NCBI RefSeq assembly: GCF_009914755.1
Contig: NC_060925.1
Length of the DNA: 64,000 nt
DNA from: the human T2T-CHM13v2.0 reference genome, Homo sapiens
Direction: 5' to 3' (one strand)
Shown here: positions 15,403 through 31,029 of the stretch, piece by piece
Numbering within the stretch: position 1 is the first letter of the stretch
Layout of the letters: every line of letters starts with the position of its first letter
Translations under genes and position numbers: made by a program
Notes under the pieces: model-generated
Databases searched by the model: none
What the model saw: the letters and a program-made list of their open reading frames with translations, nothing else
Told to the model about the DNA's origin: nothing

Positions 15403-18400
15403 ATAATGAGAGTATGCTATTGGATGTTGTCTAATTTTTACTCCCAATGTATCTACAAATGAGTAGCTATGTCAAATTCTCATATAAATATAGTTAATGG
15501 CTTGGAAAGCTATTTACAATCCAGTGCTAAAAGTTTTACAATCAGGTTTCAGACAACTAGGTACAATATGCTTCACTTTTATTTTAAAAATGTATATATT
15601 TGCATTAAAAAAGAATGGAAGGAAATATTTATTCAACATATATTTCTTAAGCACCTACTATGCACCAGGCACCCTGTGCAAGTTAACACTCTAGGCTGTG
15701 AGAGTATACATTGCTTTTATTTCTTCTCTTTGATTATTTGTCTTTTCTGTATCTCTACACTAATTTTCTATTAATTTTATAATACAAAATTAAAGTGCTT
15801 TTATTTGCTTATGTGCTTTTGAGTGGTCTGTCTTTGGGGAGCACATTTTCAGCATATATGAATGGCCCTACCTGCATACTAGTTTACCACAGTATTAGTA
15901 GAAGAAGCTACAAATGAAGTTATTCACCCCAAATCTCATTGCCCACTCAAGTAAATGCAGGGAGAGATATGACATCAGAAATCAACACTCCTCCAGCAGC
16001 TAACAAGATATTCTAGGCAATTTATAAACTATGAGGATAAGAGTAGACATTTTATCATTGCCCACCCATCCCTGGTCTCTCAGCAGTTTAATTGCTTGTT
16101 AGAAAGACACTTAGCAAATCCTTGAGCATGAGAAAGACAACACACAGTAAACTTCAGTATAATTTTCTTGTATTCATTAAATCACTGCCAACTTGAACAT
16201 GATTTCCTCTGTACTGAGGTACACTTATCATTTCTAAGAACAGTAAATTTTATGTACAGGTTTGAAGAGCGAACTTTACCTAGAGTTTATTCCCTGGAGG
16301 TATTTCTATAACGTGCTATTTGAAGATTCCTCTATTTCAATTTTTTAAAACCTCCATCTGCAGATGTGGTCCTAGGCTGTGAAATTCTCAGGATTAGAGT
16401 GGGACAGATGTTTCCCAGTGCTGATTTTTTCTCACTGCCACTTTGTGCTTTGTTATATCAGTCAGACAATGAAATGCTTAATTAGCTCTTTCCTTTTGCC
16501 ACAGGATCATTTTATAAAATGGTAAATTAAGAGCTTTCAAAATGAGAAATCTGCACTTAGCACTCAGGTGTCTAAGTTCAGGTGTGTCTCCTAACCATCT
16601 TTGTCTAATTGAAATACCCATGCAGGGTTGCTCATGATTAGACATCAGACACCAGGCTTCTATATACACATTGGTTGCTGGGAATGGTGTCCACACTAGC
16701 TCACACTAGGCTACTTAGAAACTTTGTCTCTCAGATTACATCGACCAAGAAAGTCTTCACCCATCTTACTATCTGTGTGGAGCAATCCAATGGAATAATC
16801 AATAGCCCTTTCCCTAAGGGTTCTTCTGCCCTGACTGCAATTCACATTGTCTGGTGTCCCTCAATTTCTCTAATCTTAAAAACAGAGAAGTTATTTTCCT
16901 TCTCTCTACTCCATCCACCTTGTCACGCCATATGCCAGCCTTTTCAGTTTGCTCATTATACAGGTGATGTGCTCAGCCAGCTACCTGTCCATGTTTCCTT
17001 TCCTGTTTAGCCTCTTTTCCCTGGAAGTGAACAAAGGTATTTTCTGAACAGGAGATTATTTTCTCTGCAGTCAAACTGGAATTTCCAGTGTGAGCTTCCT
17101 CCACCACTTTCCTTGAATGGCAGACATTTGCTCAGGGAAAAGCTAGCAGGCAAATCAGCTGACATATCGCCTGAGGTGACCAGTCAAAAAATAAACATTA
17201 TCAGGATGTTGCTATAACTACTATTTTTGGCAAGTAGAGGCATTTTTTCTGCTAGTAAGTATGGCAATTTAGTTGGGTTAGGTAGCTCCACAGGAAACAA
17301 GAGCTCAATGCTGATCACTGTTAAGCAGACAGGGATGATGGTGCATGCAGTGATCAGCTGATTACATTAATGCATCAGCACATTCGTTTAATGTAGTCAA
17401 GGTCAAGGAAGTCTTTGTCTCAGTGGTGCTAGACAGGAAACTCAAAATATTATGTATGCCGGCAACAAGTGCCATGATTGATTTTTGTTATGGAATTAAT
17501 CTGTCAAGAGTTGCAGTTTCAGGTTTGCTGCCATGAATTATATCTTCAGTTCAGCTGGAAGACACAGTTCCAGAGCAGAGGGCTAAGCCATCTGTAGCTA
17601 TTTGCCTTAGTCAGAGCTTTGTTAGGTGCTGCTGCTGCTGCTGTTTATAGAGAGGTAAGTGTGAGGGTTGGAGCTAAACATTATTCCATTAAATTGTAAT
17701 AAAAAAAAGACACCCACCTCCTGTAGTGACAGCCAGGCCAATGCGGATGGAATTGTTGGGTTGAGTTTCTTAATTTATGGGTCCTAGCTTCAGAGACTCT
17801 GATTTAATACATCTGGGGGTGGAGATCAGGGACAAACATCATGGGTAGTCAGCGGCCTCACTTGGAAACAGGTGTAAGATGTTAGGACTTCACCACAGTT
17901 AATAATGAATTATTAAAGAAAGAATTTACATGTCATGCCACAGACTTATGGGGAGTCCTTGAGGGGTGTTAGGAAGGGGTGAGTTGGCATTCTAGAAGAA
18001 ACACTCAGGCAGGAGCATACAAATGGATTGGAGACTAAGGAGACTAAGACGGGAGAATAGTGAGGAAGCTGTGTGCAATGAAGAATTATTGCATTTCCCC
18101 CCTGATGGAGACACCCATCAGACTGCCATCCTGACTCCTTAGGAAGCTCAGTATTCACAATCAAGGGACATGTTTACCATGGCCACAGCAATTGTCCTTC
18201 GTTATGTCCTCATCATATCACAGAGTCTTTTTATAAACTTCTCTTCTAAAACGGACTTAACTTTGACTCGCATCCTTCTCTCCTTTCTATCTTTACCTCT
18301 GCTGCTCGTATATGCCCAAGTGCTGGTTTTGTGGGGAGCTGTTTTCTTTTGGAAGTCACAGAATAATTGTATGAATAATTGTTCAAACATGCTATTCATT

Positions 18401-18649
18401 ACTATTCAGGAAAGGATGGTCGAAGATTTTTTTAAGAAAAATAATGATTTGTTGTTATTGTCACTTTGTTTTTGTTTTTCAAAAATGCCTAAGCTAGTGC
18501 TTAATTGGCAATTTTAATCTTTTAGTGACAGAGTATATAGAAACATAGGATTATGGGATCTCAGAGGAGGAAGATCCCGTATTGTTCATCCAACCAAGCT
18601 CATGTAAAGCACAAGTTCTTTCCACAACAACACCTCCAATAAATACTAC

Positions 18650-18850
18650 CACTAATAAAGTCTAAAGCTTACATAGCACTAATGCACTTTACATTTGTTA
18701 ATTATAGGCATTGCTTTTATCTCCATTTTTACAAGTGGGGAAACTGAGGCACAAAAAGGCACAGCTTGAAAGGGGCAGAGCTGGGATTTCAACTCAGGCA
18801 GTCTGTCTCTAGAGTGTGTGTGTGCTCTTAACCATTATGCTATATTACCT
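18650..18850 (-). mobile_element. MIR
   Basis: ctccatttttacaagtggggaaactgaggcaca...gagctgggatttcaactcaggcagtctg. Confidence 0.8.
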
Positions 18851-19384
18851 TCAGTGCAAGTTTCACTTGATTACTTCCAGGCATGGGTGTTAATTAGCTC
18901 CAGAAATGAATGGCCGACATCACTCTTGTCAGTTCTGGCAATTAGACATGTCTCCCAATGACCTAAATTCTTCTCTATTTCTCCCCCATGAGTCCTCTGG
19001 AGTAAAAGTTTAATCTGTTGCCAAAAATCTTTTTGTGGGAACACAAATTTGTCCTCCAATCCTTAATTCTCATGTCTTTTCCTCCATGAAGTTTGTGTGT
19101 GTGTGACAGTTTAAAGCCAATGTATTTTTTTCTTTTACATGAAGTTCTGTAAAGTTTACCCTCACATGAAGTTCACCCTCTCTAGGTGTGTATGTAATTA
19201 CTATGGCACCTGCATGCTTAGTGATGTAAGTTTCTTTAAACCATGAGTAGAATGTTATATATTTTCTTATTAAATTCCTTTTAAGACCAAGCCTATTTGC
19301 TGCAATCTATTGAGATCTCTTGGGATATATATCCTGGTATCTCAAACATTGTCCACTAGTCCTGGTTTCATGCTATTCAAAAAC

Positions 19385-19495
19385 TAAATGAAAAATGAAG
19401 AAATTGAGGCTCAGAGACGGTGAGTTGCCCAAGCTCTTAGTAAGAAGAATTCACACCCAGTTCTCTCTGATTTAAAAATGCACGCTAATCCCACT
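19385..19495 (-). mobile_element. MIR fragment
   Basis: atgaagaaattgaggctcagagacggtgagttgcccaag. Confidence 0.6.
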
Positions 19496-20780
19496 GCTTG
19501 CTCTTGCTGCCAGGTGTGCTCTTTGCAGCCTCTGTTCTGGACTTGCTCAAACTCCAGCCCTGGCCCCCAATAAGTGTGAAAAGGGCATGGTTCAGGCAGA
19601 TCGCCTTGTCTCAGCAGCCACCTCACTCTCCATTCCTCATTTTTATTTGACTTGAATTGGGAGAAAAGGTGTTGTCCTGATATATGGTCTAATCATAGTG
19701 TAGCTTTTGGCTTGATACTGACTCTTTTTAGCCATCTCATCTGTATTATCTGTGATTATGGTTTTTTTAAAAAAAACTTAATTAAAGTCATAAATTAATT
19801 CATGGCTGTGCTAATGTTCAGAAAAATATATTTCAAAGACCAACGTGAATTAGTAGGAGGGTTTTTAAATCTGTGTTCCTGGGCTAGGGGATAATACAGA
19901 GTCAACTGCCAGCATTATTTTCTCAAGGCAGAGTAGAGTGTAGCTTAGGAAGGCATCTGCAAGTTGTATAAACTAGAGAGAAATATGCAACTGTCAAGCA
20001 GTTTGACAGCTTGGACTAAGAGGAAAGGGCGTAGTGACAGTGGAGATCACCTTAAAGATCACTTTGAATCCTAAAAATAAGGGAAGTAATAGGGAAGTAA
20101 AAAACAGAAATAGAATTCTCTCTTCAGAATCTTGAGGTAATTTCCAGTCTTCTCCAACTTTACTCTCCTTTTGCCCTTACTGCAACACATCTGTGGACAT
20201 AGGGCATTCTCGACAATCATTTGGAAGTACTTGTCTCCATTTTCATTTTAAATCATTTTCTTCACATCCCTTCTTCTCTAATGAACTTAAGACATGACTA
20301 GGAGCTAACTATTATCTCAAAACTATGCTAGTTGCTCTGAAAGATTCATATAATGATAACTACAAGACCCTTTTCAGAATTTGAAATCTGTTAGTAAGAC
20401 AGAATATGCAGACAGGAAATAGCCCTACTGCTCATATTCAATATATCATTCAGGGCTAAAACCATCGTGCTAGATACATATTCTATGAGAACTGGGGAAT
20501 TTATTCATTTTACCTGAAGGAATTCAGTGAATGCCTGCATGTGTAGGGTTCTGGGGCAGACCTAGAGAAACAAAGATGACTCAGATATTCCTCCTGACCT
20601 CGGGTTCATATGCTGCTGGGAGAGACAGAAACACACACAGATGATTAGAAATCTCCATGAGTTGGTCTTTCTGTTAGGTCTGGGAAGAGAAGTAGGATTT
20701 TGCTGTATGTGGAACAGAAGGGAGCTGGTATTATGACACATTTTAGCTCAGTAGAAGGACGAGAGAAACACAGGAGGGTA

Positions 20781-20912
20781 GTAAGACACACCACCCGGGT
20801 AAGGAAGGACTTTTTATTTGAAGAAAGACTGTAGAGGAATGAAGAAGTAAGGAATACCACCTGGGTAAGGAAGGACTTTTTATTTGGACAAGGACTGTAG
20901 AGGAATGAGGAA
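20781..20912. repeat. 66-bp tandem duplication (2 copies)
   Basis: Copies start at 20781 and 20847 and share ccacc[c/t]gggtaaggaaggactttttatttg..gactgtagaggaatga. Confidence 0.9.
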
Positions 20913-21270
20913 GCCAACCTGGTTGGCAGGACCACCCGTGGGTAAGGCAGTTAGGGTGGTTACTAGGGCCCTGTGTTTTGGAAGGAGTGCAGCAAAATGC
21001 TATGCCTTACAAAAGCAACACCTAAAGCATTTTTAAAAAATGAATTGTCTTTTGCACACATATGCATTGTTTTATGACATTCTTTAATATACATACGAGT
21101 CTTAATAGAGTCCCCCCATATTCTATATTCCATCCCTAACATTCTGTAGGGCCCAGAGTAAGACATACAAAATAGTTTAAGTATTTATAGCTTATCAATC
21201 AATCTGACAAAATGTCAAATGAAAACAATTTTATATTTTTACCTTGATAAATATACCTTCATAACAACCA

Positions 21271-23727
21271 TGTATTAGCCTGTTCTCACACTGCTATAAA
21301 AAAAATACCCAAGACTGGGTAATTTTTTTAAAAAAAGAGGTTTAATTGGCTCTTGGTCCTGCAGGCTATACAGGAAGCATAGTGGCTTCAGCTTCTGGGG
21401 AGGCCTTAGGAATCTCCCAATCATGGTGAAGGCCAAAGAGGAGTGAGACATCTCACATAGGGGGAGCAGGAGCAAGGACAGTAAGTGGGGAAGGTGCTAC
21501 ACAATTTCAAACAACCAGATCTCATAAGAACTCACTCACTGTCAGGAGAACAGCACCAAAGGGATGGTGCTAAACTATTCATGAGAAACCTACCCTCATG
21601 ATCCAACCACCTCCCATAAGGCCCCACCTCCAACATTGAGGACTACAGTTCAACATGAGATTTGGTGGGAATACAGATCCAAACCATATCATTCCACTCC
21701 TGGACTCCCAAATCTCATATGGTTCTCACATTGCAAAATACAATAATCCCTTCTCAACAGTCTCCCAAAGTCTTAACTCATTCCAGCATTGACTCAAAAG
21801 TCCAAAGTCCAAGATCTCATCTGAGACAGGACTAGTCCTTTCTGCCTATGAGCCCGTAAAATAAAAATACAAGTTAGTTACTTCCAAGACACAATGGGAG
21901 TATAAGCATTGGGTAAATACTCCCATCCCCAAAGGGAAAAATCAGCCAAAATAAGGGCTACAGGCCCCACACAAGTTCAAAACCCAGCAATGCAGTTTTT
22001 AAATCTTAAAGCTCCAAAATAATTATCCTTTGAGTCCATGTCCCACATCTAGGGAATATGGATACAAAGGGTGGGTTCCTAAGGTCTTGGGCAGCTCTGC
22101 CACTGTGGCTCTGCAAGGTTCAGCCCTTGCAGCTGCTTTCAAGGGCTGTCATTGAATTCCTGTGGCTTTTCCAGGTGCAGGCTGCATGCTGCCATTGCAT
22201 CTACCACTCTGGGGGCTGAAGGATGGTGGCCCTCTTCTCATAGCTCCACAAGGCAGTGCCCCAGTAGACACTCCGTATGGGAGCTCCAACAGCACATTTA
22301 CCCTCTGCACTGCCCTAGCAGAGGTTCTTCATGATGGCTCTGTCTCTGCAGCAGGCTTCTGCCTGGATATCCAGCCTTTTCCATACATCCTCTGAAATCT
22401 AGGCAGAGGCTCCCAAGCCTCAACTCTTGCACTCTGTGCGCTCACAGACTTAGCACCACCTGGAAGCTGCCAATGTTTATGGCTTGCAACATCTGAAGCA
22501 GCAGCCCAAGCTGTAACTAGTCCCCTTTGAGCCATGGCTGGAGCAGGAGTGACTAGGATGCAGGGAGCAATGTTCTGAGGCTGCACCAGGAAGCAGGGCC
22601 CTGGGCCTGGCACACAAGGCCATTCTGTCCTCATAGGCCTCTGAGCCTCTGATGGGAGGGGCTACTATGAAATGCCTTTGAGGCCTTTTCCCCATTGCCT
22701 TGGTGATTAGCACTTGGTACCTTTTTACTTATGCAAATTTCTGCAGTCCGCTTGAATTCTTCTCCTGAAAATGGGCTTTTCTTTACTACCACATGACCAG
22801 GCTGCAAATTTTCCAAACTTTCACACTCTACTTCCCCTTAAAATGTAAGTTCCAACTTTAGGTTATTTCTTCGCTCACCCATATGAGATAGGCTGTTAGA
22901 AGCATCCAGGCCCAATCTTGAATACTTTGCTGCTTAGAAATTTCTTCTGCCAGATAGCCTAAATTATTGCTCTCAAGTTCAAAGTTCCATAGGTTCCTAG
23001 GGTAGGGGTACAATGCAGCCAAGTTCGTTGCTAAGGCATAACAAAAGTGAGCTTTACTCCAGTTCCAATAAGTTCATCATTTCCATCTGAGATCTTGTCA
23101 GTCTGGCCTTAACTGTCCATGTCACTACCAGCATTTTGGTCATGAACATTCAACCAGTCTCTTAAAGTTCCAAACTTTCCCTCATCTTCCTGTTTTCTTC
23201 TGAGCCCTCCACACCCTTACAACTTCTGCCCATTACCCAGTTCCAAAGTTGCTTCCACATTTTCAGGTACCTTTCTAGCAATACGTCACTCTTTGGTACC
23301 AATTTTCTGTATTAGTTTGTTATCGTATTGTTATAAAGAAATACCTGAGACTGGGTAATTTATAAAGAAAAGGGGTTTAATTGGCTCATGGTTCCACATC
23401 CTGTACAGGAAGCATGATGCTGGCATCTGCTCAGTTTCTAGGGAGGCCTCAGGAAACTTCCAATCACGGTAGAAGGCAAAGGGGAAGAGAAGCATCTCAC
23501 ATGGTGGGAGCAGGAGCAAGGGATGGGAAGAGGTGCTACATACTTTTAAACAACCAGATCTCACAAGAACTCACTATCACGAGAACAGCACCAAGGGGAC
23601 GGTGTTAAATCACTGAGGAGAAAACCACCCCCCATGATCTCATCACCTCTCACCAGGCCTTACTCCCAAAACTGGGCATTACAATTCAACATGAGATTTG
23701 ATTGGGACACAGATCCAAATCATATCA
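21271..23727 (-). mobile_element. Full-length MaLR provirus (MSTA-like LTR / MST-int / LTR)
   Basis: LTRs at 21271-21691 and 23308-23727 (TGTATTAG...CATATCA) flank a ~1.6-kb MST/THE1-type internal region; tggtaccaattttc PBS-side motif at about 23294-23307. Confidence 0.92.
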
Positions 23728-25499
23728 ACATGTAAGATCAGTCTTGAATTTAAAAGCTGTTAGAATTGTCCAAATTCCATACTATCATATGGTGGTTTAG
23801 GGAAATATTATTAATAACCCACTGCCCACTCTTCCCAATCTGATTTCATCACACACTATGGGATGTTCAAATATATCTGTACACTCCTGTTCACTTGCCA
23901 TGTTCCATCACATCCCTCACTCCCACAAACAGTCACTCCTTGGCCACACCTGGGGCCTATAGGGATGGTGATTTGAGGTATGGTATACACTTGGGAAGAC
24001 AGATTCAGAAGAAAGATGTGTACAAGCCCTTGTAACAGGCTTTCAGCCATGCGTCCTAGGTACCCAGATGTGACCTAGAAGTTGGAGGTTGGGGGCAGTT
24101 GCAGGTTCCTGGTGGGCCCGTTCCTTTGTTCCCAGCATGCCTACCCCAGTAAGGAGGGGTGTAGACAGAGAAGTGTCACATGAGGTGCCCTAAAGTATAG
24201 AATGCAAGGCAGGTGCATCTCTTATCCAAGTCTAAGGGCAGTACTTTCTCCAGCATCCTTGTACTGGTCACATTATCTTGGGACCTTTACCCTTCTAAGG
24301 GAAGCCCTGACTGTTAGAACTAAGGACTGTTTATGCTGATGTTCCCGAAGCTTCCAATAAGATGGCTCCCTCACTCAACTGTTACATTTTTAATCTCCCC
24401 CTAAAGGCCTGTCTGTTGCAGCCATCTTCCTCCAAGACATAGCCAAGAGCCAGTTTATGTATGTGTGAGAAGGAAGAGTAAGTTGGGAAATTTACCTTTC
24501 TTACAGGTTAAACATTATGAATTGTTAAATATCAAACACTAAACTCTTTTCAAATTTCTTTAGGTTATATTTTACCATTGCTTCTCCACCAGTGTGAAAA
24601 AGAATAACTTCTTTTATCATTGAGGCTAGAAAAGGAGTAAAATAATACAATGTGGGCAAAGAAAAATAAGAACCCTGCTTCTTCTGACTGCAAGGGAAAG
24701 TTGAGCAGGAGTCCATCAGAGCAAGCAAGGGGTAGCAGTGAGAGCATTATGCTGTGAGCTCCATCCTGGGGAGGAGGAAAGTATTTGGATTATCAATCAA
24801 AACACTTTGACGGTACAAGGACTCTTACCCCACTCTCTTTATTGACTTCTGGAAAAGGCTACCTCACCACCTTTTGCAAACCACAGTGGGTACAGCTATA
24901 TCAAAGCAGAGGTAAATGTGTAGCAAGGTTAGCAGAGACAGACAGCCTGAGTACACTTATTAGACTTACCTTCCCCTTAGCTCTTTGATTGCAAAGTTAG
25001 GGCCCCAGCACCCTGAATTCTGGTAGATTCAGACTACTAGTAAGTAGTCTGGTACCACTGATATATAGACTTCTGCTGCCATCAATTAATATGCATGGCT
25101 AAAACGACCATTGGGTTTGTTCTATTTGTCATCTTGGTCATTCAGCAACATTTGATGCAGTCAAGCACTTCCTGCTCCTTGAAACCCTTTGTTCACTTGA
25201 CTTTCAGGATACCACTCTCTCTGGGTTTATCTCCTACTTTACTAGCTTCTTTGAGTCTTTTTTTTGTCTGTTCCTTCCTGTCTTCCCAACCTATAAACAC
25301 TGTTGTGCCCCATGGCTCAATCCTCAGGCTTCTTCCTTATTTTTGCTCTGTGTTATCTAATCTCTTGGCCTGACAGATCATGTAAATGTGATGATTCCCA
25401 GGTCGGAATCATATGTCTATCTGCTTACTCAAGAGTTTATTTGAAAGTCTGTTATTAATGTAAAATTGAATATTGCCAATCCACTAACATAATTGGGTA

Positions 25500-28270
25500 C
25501 TTAAACATAGGGTTTTCAATTATTGATAGAATGAGCAGTCAAAATTGAGAAAGGATAGATGAAACAGCCCAATGAACAATTTATGAATACCAGGAACATT
25601 GTACCCCAAAACTTCAAAGCACAGATTCTTTCATGATACACATGGAATATTTAGGAAAATTAATGGTGTTCTAGGCCATTATAATAACTTCAACAAATTT
25701 CAAAGAATTAATACCAAGTGCAACTTATTTTCTGACCACGATGCATATAGTTAGCAATCAATTTTAAAAATATCTAGAAAACTCTGTTTGCAAATTAAAA
25801 TCATATAGAAATAGGACATATTTACAACTGAACAATCATTGAAGCAGTATTTATCAAAACTTATGGTATACAGTCAATGCCTTACAGCTGAAAATTAATA
25901 AATTAAGTATTCAACCTCTTTAGTTAGAAATAGAACCTAAATAAATCTTTAAAAGCAGAAGAAAGGAAATAATAGGAATAAGAGCAGAAATGGCGAGCTA
26001 CCATAAAGGGTATGAACAAATCAAATACAGTCTCTTTAAAAATGATATGTTTCTTCCAAATAGGCAAAATTCTGGAAAAAAAAATCAGGGAAGAAAAGTT
26101 ATAAATGAATACTTTTTAAGAAGGCAAAGTGTGGAATACCTACACATGGAGGAGAGATTAAGAATATTATGATCAGTTTCATACCAAATAAACCCTGAAA
26201 ACTGAGATAAGATGGGTAAATTCCTAGATAACTATAACTTTCCAAAATTTACTCACAAATAAGTAAGAAAATTGAATAGTCCATATCCATTAATAAAATC
26301 AAACCAGCAAAAAATGCTGGTTTTACTGGCATTATTATGAAATATTCAAAAGGCATGTTATTCTAATTTTAAACTATTCCTAAAATAGAGAAAAAAGAGT
26401 AGACTCTCTTTTTTATTTACTGAGGCTGGCATAACTTACATACCAAAATCTGACAGTGATAGTACAAAAAGGAAAAGCTATAGTCCAAAATCTCTTAAGA
26501 ACATAAACATAGAAATGCTAAATTATTAACCAGCCAATTCCAGACATGGTTAGATAATGTTTTCATGACCAAGTTGCATTTATCTAAAAATTTCAAAATT
26601 AGATTAACACTGGCAAATTAACAAATGTAATTCACTGCATTAACAGATGAAAGAGAAAAATGATTTGGTCACCTTAATGACTTTAGAGAAAGCATTGATG
26701 ATTTTCAACAAAGCAAGAAACAAAATTGTCATTATTTGCCAATTATATAATTATGTGCATAGACAACCCAAAAAATTCTACTGTTATTAAAGTAAATGTG
26801 CATAGTATTTCTACACATATGCAAAAATTAGCTAGAAAATATCATTTTAAATATCTATTTATAATGTCAAGAATATATAAACTATCTAGTAATAAACTTA
26901 AGAAAACATATAAAAGACTTTTACGGATAAAATTTTACTTTTATTGAAAAGTCTTAAAATATACAAATAAGTGAACTGTACCATTTTCATCGATAGAATA
27001 ACCAATATCATAAAATTGCCCGTTTTCGATAAAGGGAAATTTGAAAAATTTGCCCTATAAGATATAAAATTATATAAAGCTACAGCAATTAACAACTTTG
27101 TATTGGCTCAGGAACAGATAAGTAAACCAATAGAACAGCAAGAGAGTCTTGCAATAAATCCATTTTATGTGGAAACCTGATATATGAGAAAACTGACATT
27201 GCAGATTAGTGAGGCAATGACAGATTAGTTAATAAAAGGCACTGGGACAATGGGTTCTTCATGGAACAAAAAATGAAATTGGACCCTTACTTCATGCCCC
27301 ACACAAAAATCAATTTCAGGTAGTTTTAAAGCATGTGAAAAGAAAATTATAAAACTTTAAAAACAGAAGATAGGAAAATTCCTTTATGACCTTGGGATAG
27401 TCAGGATTTCTTAAATAAGATATAGAAATTCAATATGTGAACTAAAAACAATCAATTCGACTACATGGAATTTTTTTTTAACTTCTGTTTACCAAAAGAC
27501 ACAATCAAGAGAGTAAAATTAGACTCTAGAAGCTGGCAAAAAAAAAACAAACTTGCTACATATATATAAAACAATAAATTTAGTATCCCAAATGAACAGT
27601 AGAAAAATATGTTGGTAATTATGGATACAATGAGAACTCTTATAAACACTTTGTTGGGTTATAAATTGGTACAGCCTCTTTGGAAAACTGGCATTACATA
27701 GTGAATTTGAACATTCCCATTATTTATTACCCAGTATTTCCTCTCCTCCTAGATATAGCCAAAGGAAATTTGTACCTGTGTATGAGGAGGCATATACAAG
27801 AATATTTATAGTAACAAAACCTAGAAATAATCCACTCTGCATTTACAGTAGAAAGGATAAATTGTGATGTATTCAAAATATGGAATAATACACAGCTGTA
27901 AAAATGAATGAACAACAGAAATATACATTAACAGGAATGGTTTTCAAAGAATAATTTTGAATTTAAAAAGAAAGTCATTGAGGTAGTATATAATTACATA
28001 TATAAAAATGCAAATAAATAGCAAAATAAGACATATATTTTCAGGGATGTATACACATATAGTAAAATTATAAAGTAAGCAAACGAAATGAATATTATAA
28101 AATTCAAAATGGAGGCTACCTCAGGAAGGTGAGAAGAGTAGGTAGCACGATGGATAGGGCAACACAGCTGGGCTTCTGTTATACAAGTCATGTTCTATTT
28201 CTAAAGCTGAGTGAAAGGTACATTTTTAAACTGTAGATATATATTTGGATTTGCTTCATGTGTTTCATCA
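25500..28270 (+). mobile_element. Old L1M (L1ME/L1M5-like) ORF2 and 3' UTR remnant
   Basis: Degenerate EN/RT-region motifs (cttcaacaaatttcaaagaatt; gaggctggcataactt..taccaaaatc; ttatataaagctacagcaat) with many stops. Confidence 0.8.
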
Positions 28271-28416
28271 TAAAAGAAAAAATGTACATGAATGTCTTAG
28301 AAAATCTTGATCAAGATGTCATTTTATATCTGCACTGTCATATTCATTGCAACATTATCCACACTAGCCAAGAAGTGGAATCAGAGTGTCCACTGGCAGA
28401 TAAATGCATAAAGAAA

Positions 28417-28417
<1 letters not shown>

Positions 28418-28460
<43 letters not shown>
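28418..28460. repeat. (TG)21 microsatellite
   Basis: Direct reading. Confidence 0.97.
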
Positions 28461-28467
<7 letters not shown>

Positions 28468-28639
28468 TGTATCAATGTAATACTACTTACCCTTAAAAAA
28501 GAAGAAAATCCTGTCTTTTGTAACAACATGGATGAACCTAGAGGACATTATGTTAACTGAAATAAGCCAGGCACAGAAAGACGAAAACTGCATGAACTCA
28601 CTTATACTGTATATAGGATCTAACAAAGTTGAACTCAGA

Positions 28640-28947
<308 letters not shown>

Positions 28948-29025
28948 GTTGAACTCAGAAACGGAGAGGAGAATGGTAGTTACCAAGGGCTGAGAGGAGG
29001 TGGAAGGTTGGGGAGATATTGGCTA

Positions 29026-29356
<331 letters not shown>

Positions 29357-29375
29357 CTAGGGAGAATAAGTTTAA

Positions 29376-30173
<798 letters not shown>

Positions 30174-30597
30174 GCCCCATCCATCTTCCCTACCCTTCCT
30201 GCCAAGCCAGGGACTAAGCAGCCCAGAAGCCCAGTAACTGCCCTTCCCCTGCACATGCTTCTGATGGTGTCATCTGCTCCTTCCTGTGGCCTCATCCAAA
30301 CTGTACCTTCCTTTACTGTTTATATCTTCACCCTGTAATGGTTGGGACCAGGCCAATCCCTTCTCCACTTACTATAATGGTTGGAACTAAATGTCACCAA
30401 GGTGGCTTCTCCTTGGCTGAGAGATGGAAGGGGTGGGATTTGCTCCTGGGTTCCCTAGGCCCTAGTGAGGGCAGAAGAGAAACCATCCTCTCCCTTCTTA
30501 CACTGTGAGGCCAAGATCCCCTCAGAAGGCAGGAGTGCTGCCCTCTCCCATGGTGCCCGTGCCTCTGTGCTGTGTATGTGAACCACCCACGTGAGGG

Positions 30598-30603
30598 AAT
30601 AAA
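30598..30603 (+). terminator. Polyadenylation signal carried by the retrocopy
   Basis: AATAAA 19 nt upstream of the genomic poly(A) tract. Confidence 0.9.
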
Positions 30604-31029
30604 CCTGGCACTAGGTCTTGTGAAAAAAAAAAAAAAAAAGAGAGAGCTATTGTACAACTTGGTGAAAATAATAACTTTAAAAACAATATATTATATTCTT
30701 GAAAGTCACAAAGAAAATAGATTTTAACTGTTCTTATGAAAAAAAATGATAAAATGTAAGGTAATGTGTATGTGAATTAGCTGGATTTAACCATTTCACG
30801 ATGTATACATATTTTCAAAACATCATGTTTTATATGATAACTGTATATATATGTTTTTGTCAATGAAGAAAATAAATTTAAAAGAGGAAAATAACAAAAC
30901 AAGAAAAAAAGGATATAATCAGACAAAATGTTAAAAGTTTATGTGTTAGAGGTTTACTAGGGCCTTGCAGATAATTGTAAAAAATTGTAGAAACAACATA
31001 AACATTCATCATTAGAGATTTGATTAAAA

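Noticed and set aside
21275-23608. Cluster of 60-100 aa ORFs in the MST element, and the 161-aa ORF at 36867-37352
   Set aside because: Chance frames in LTR or internal MaLR sequence; no intact gag-like ORF
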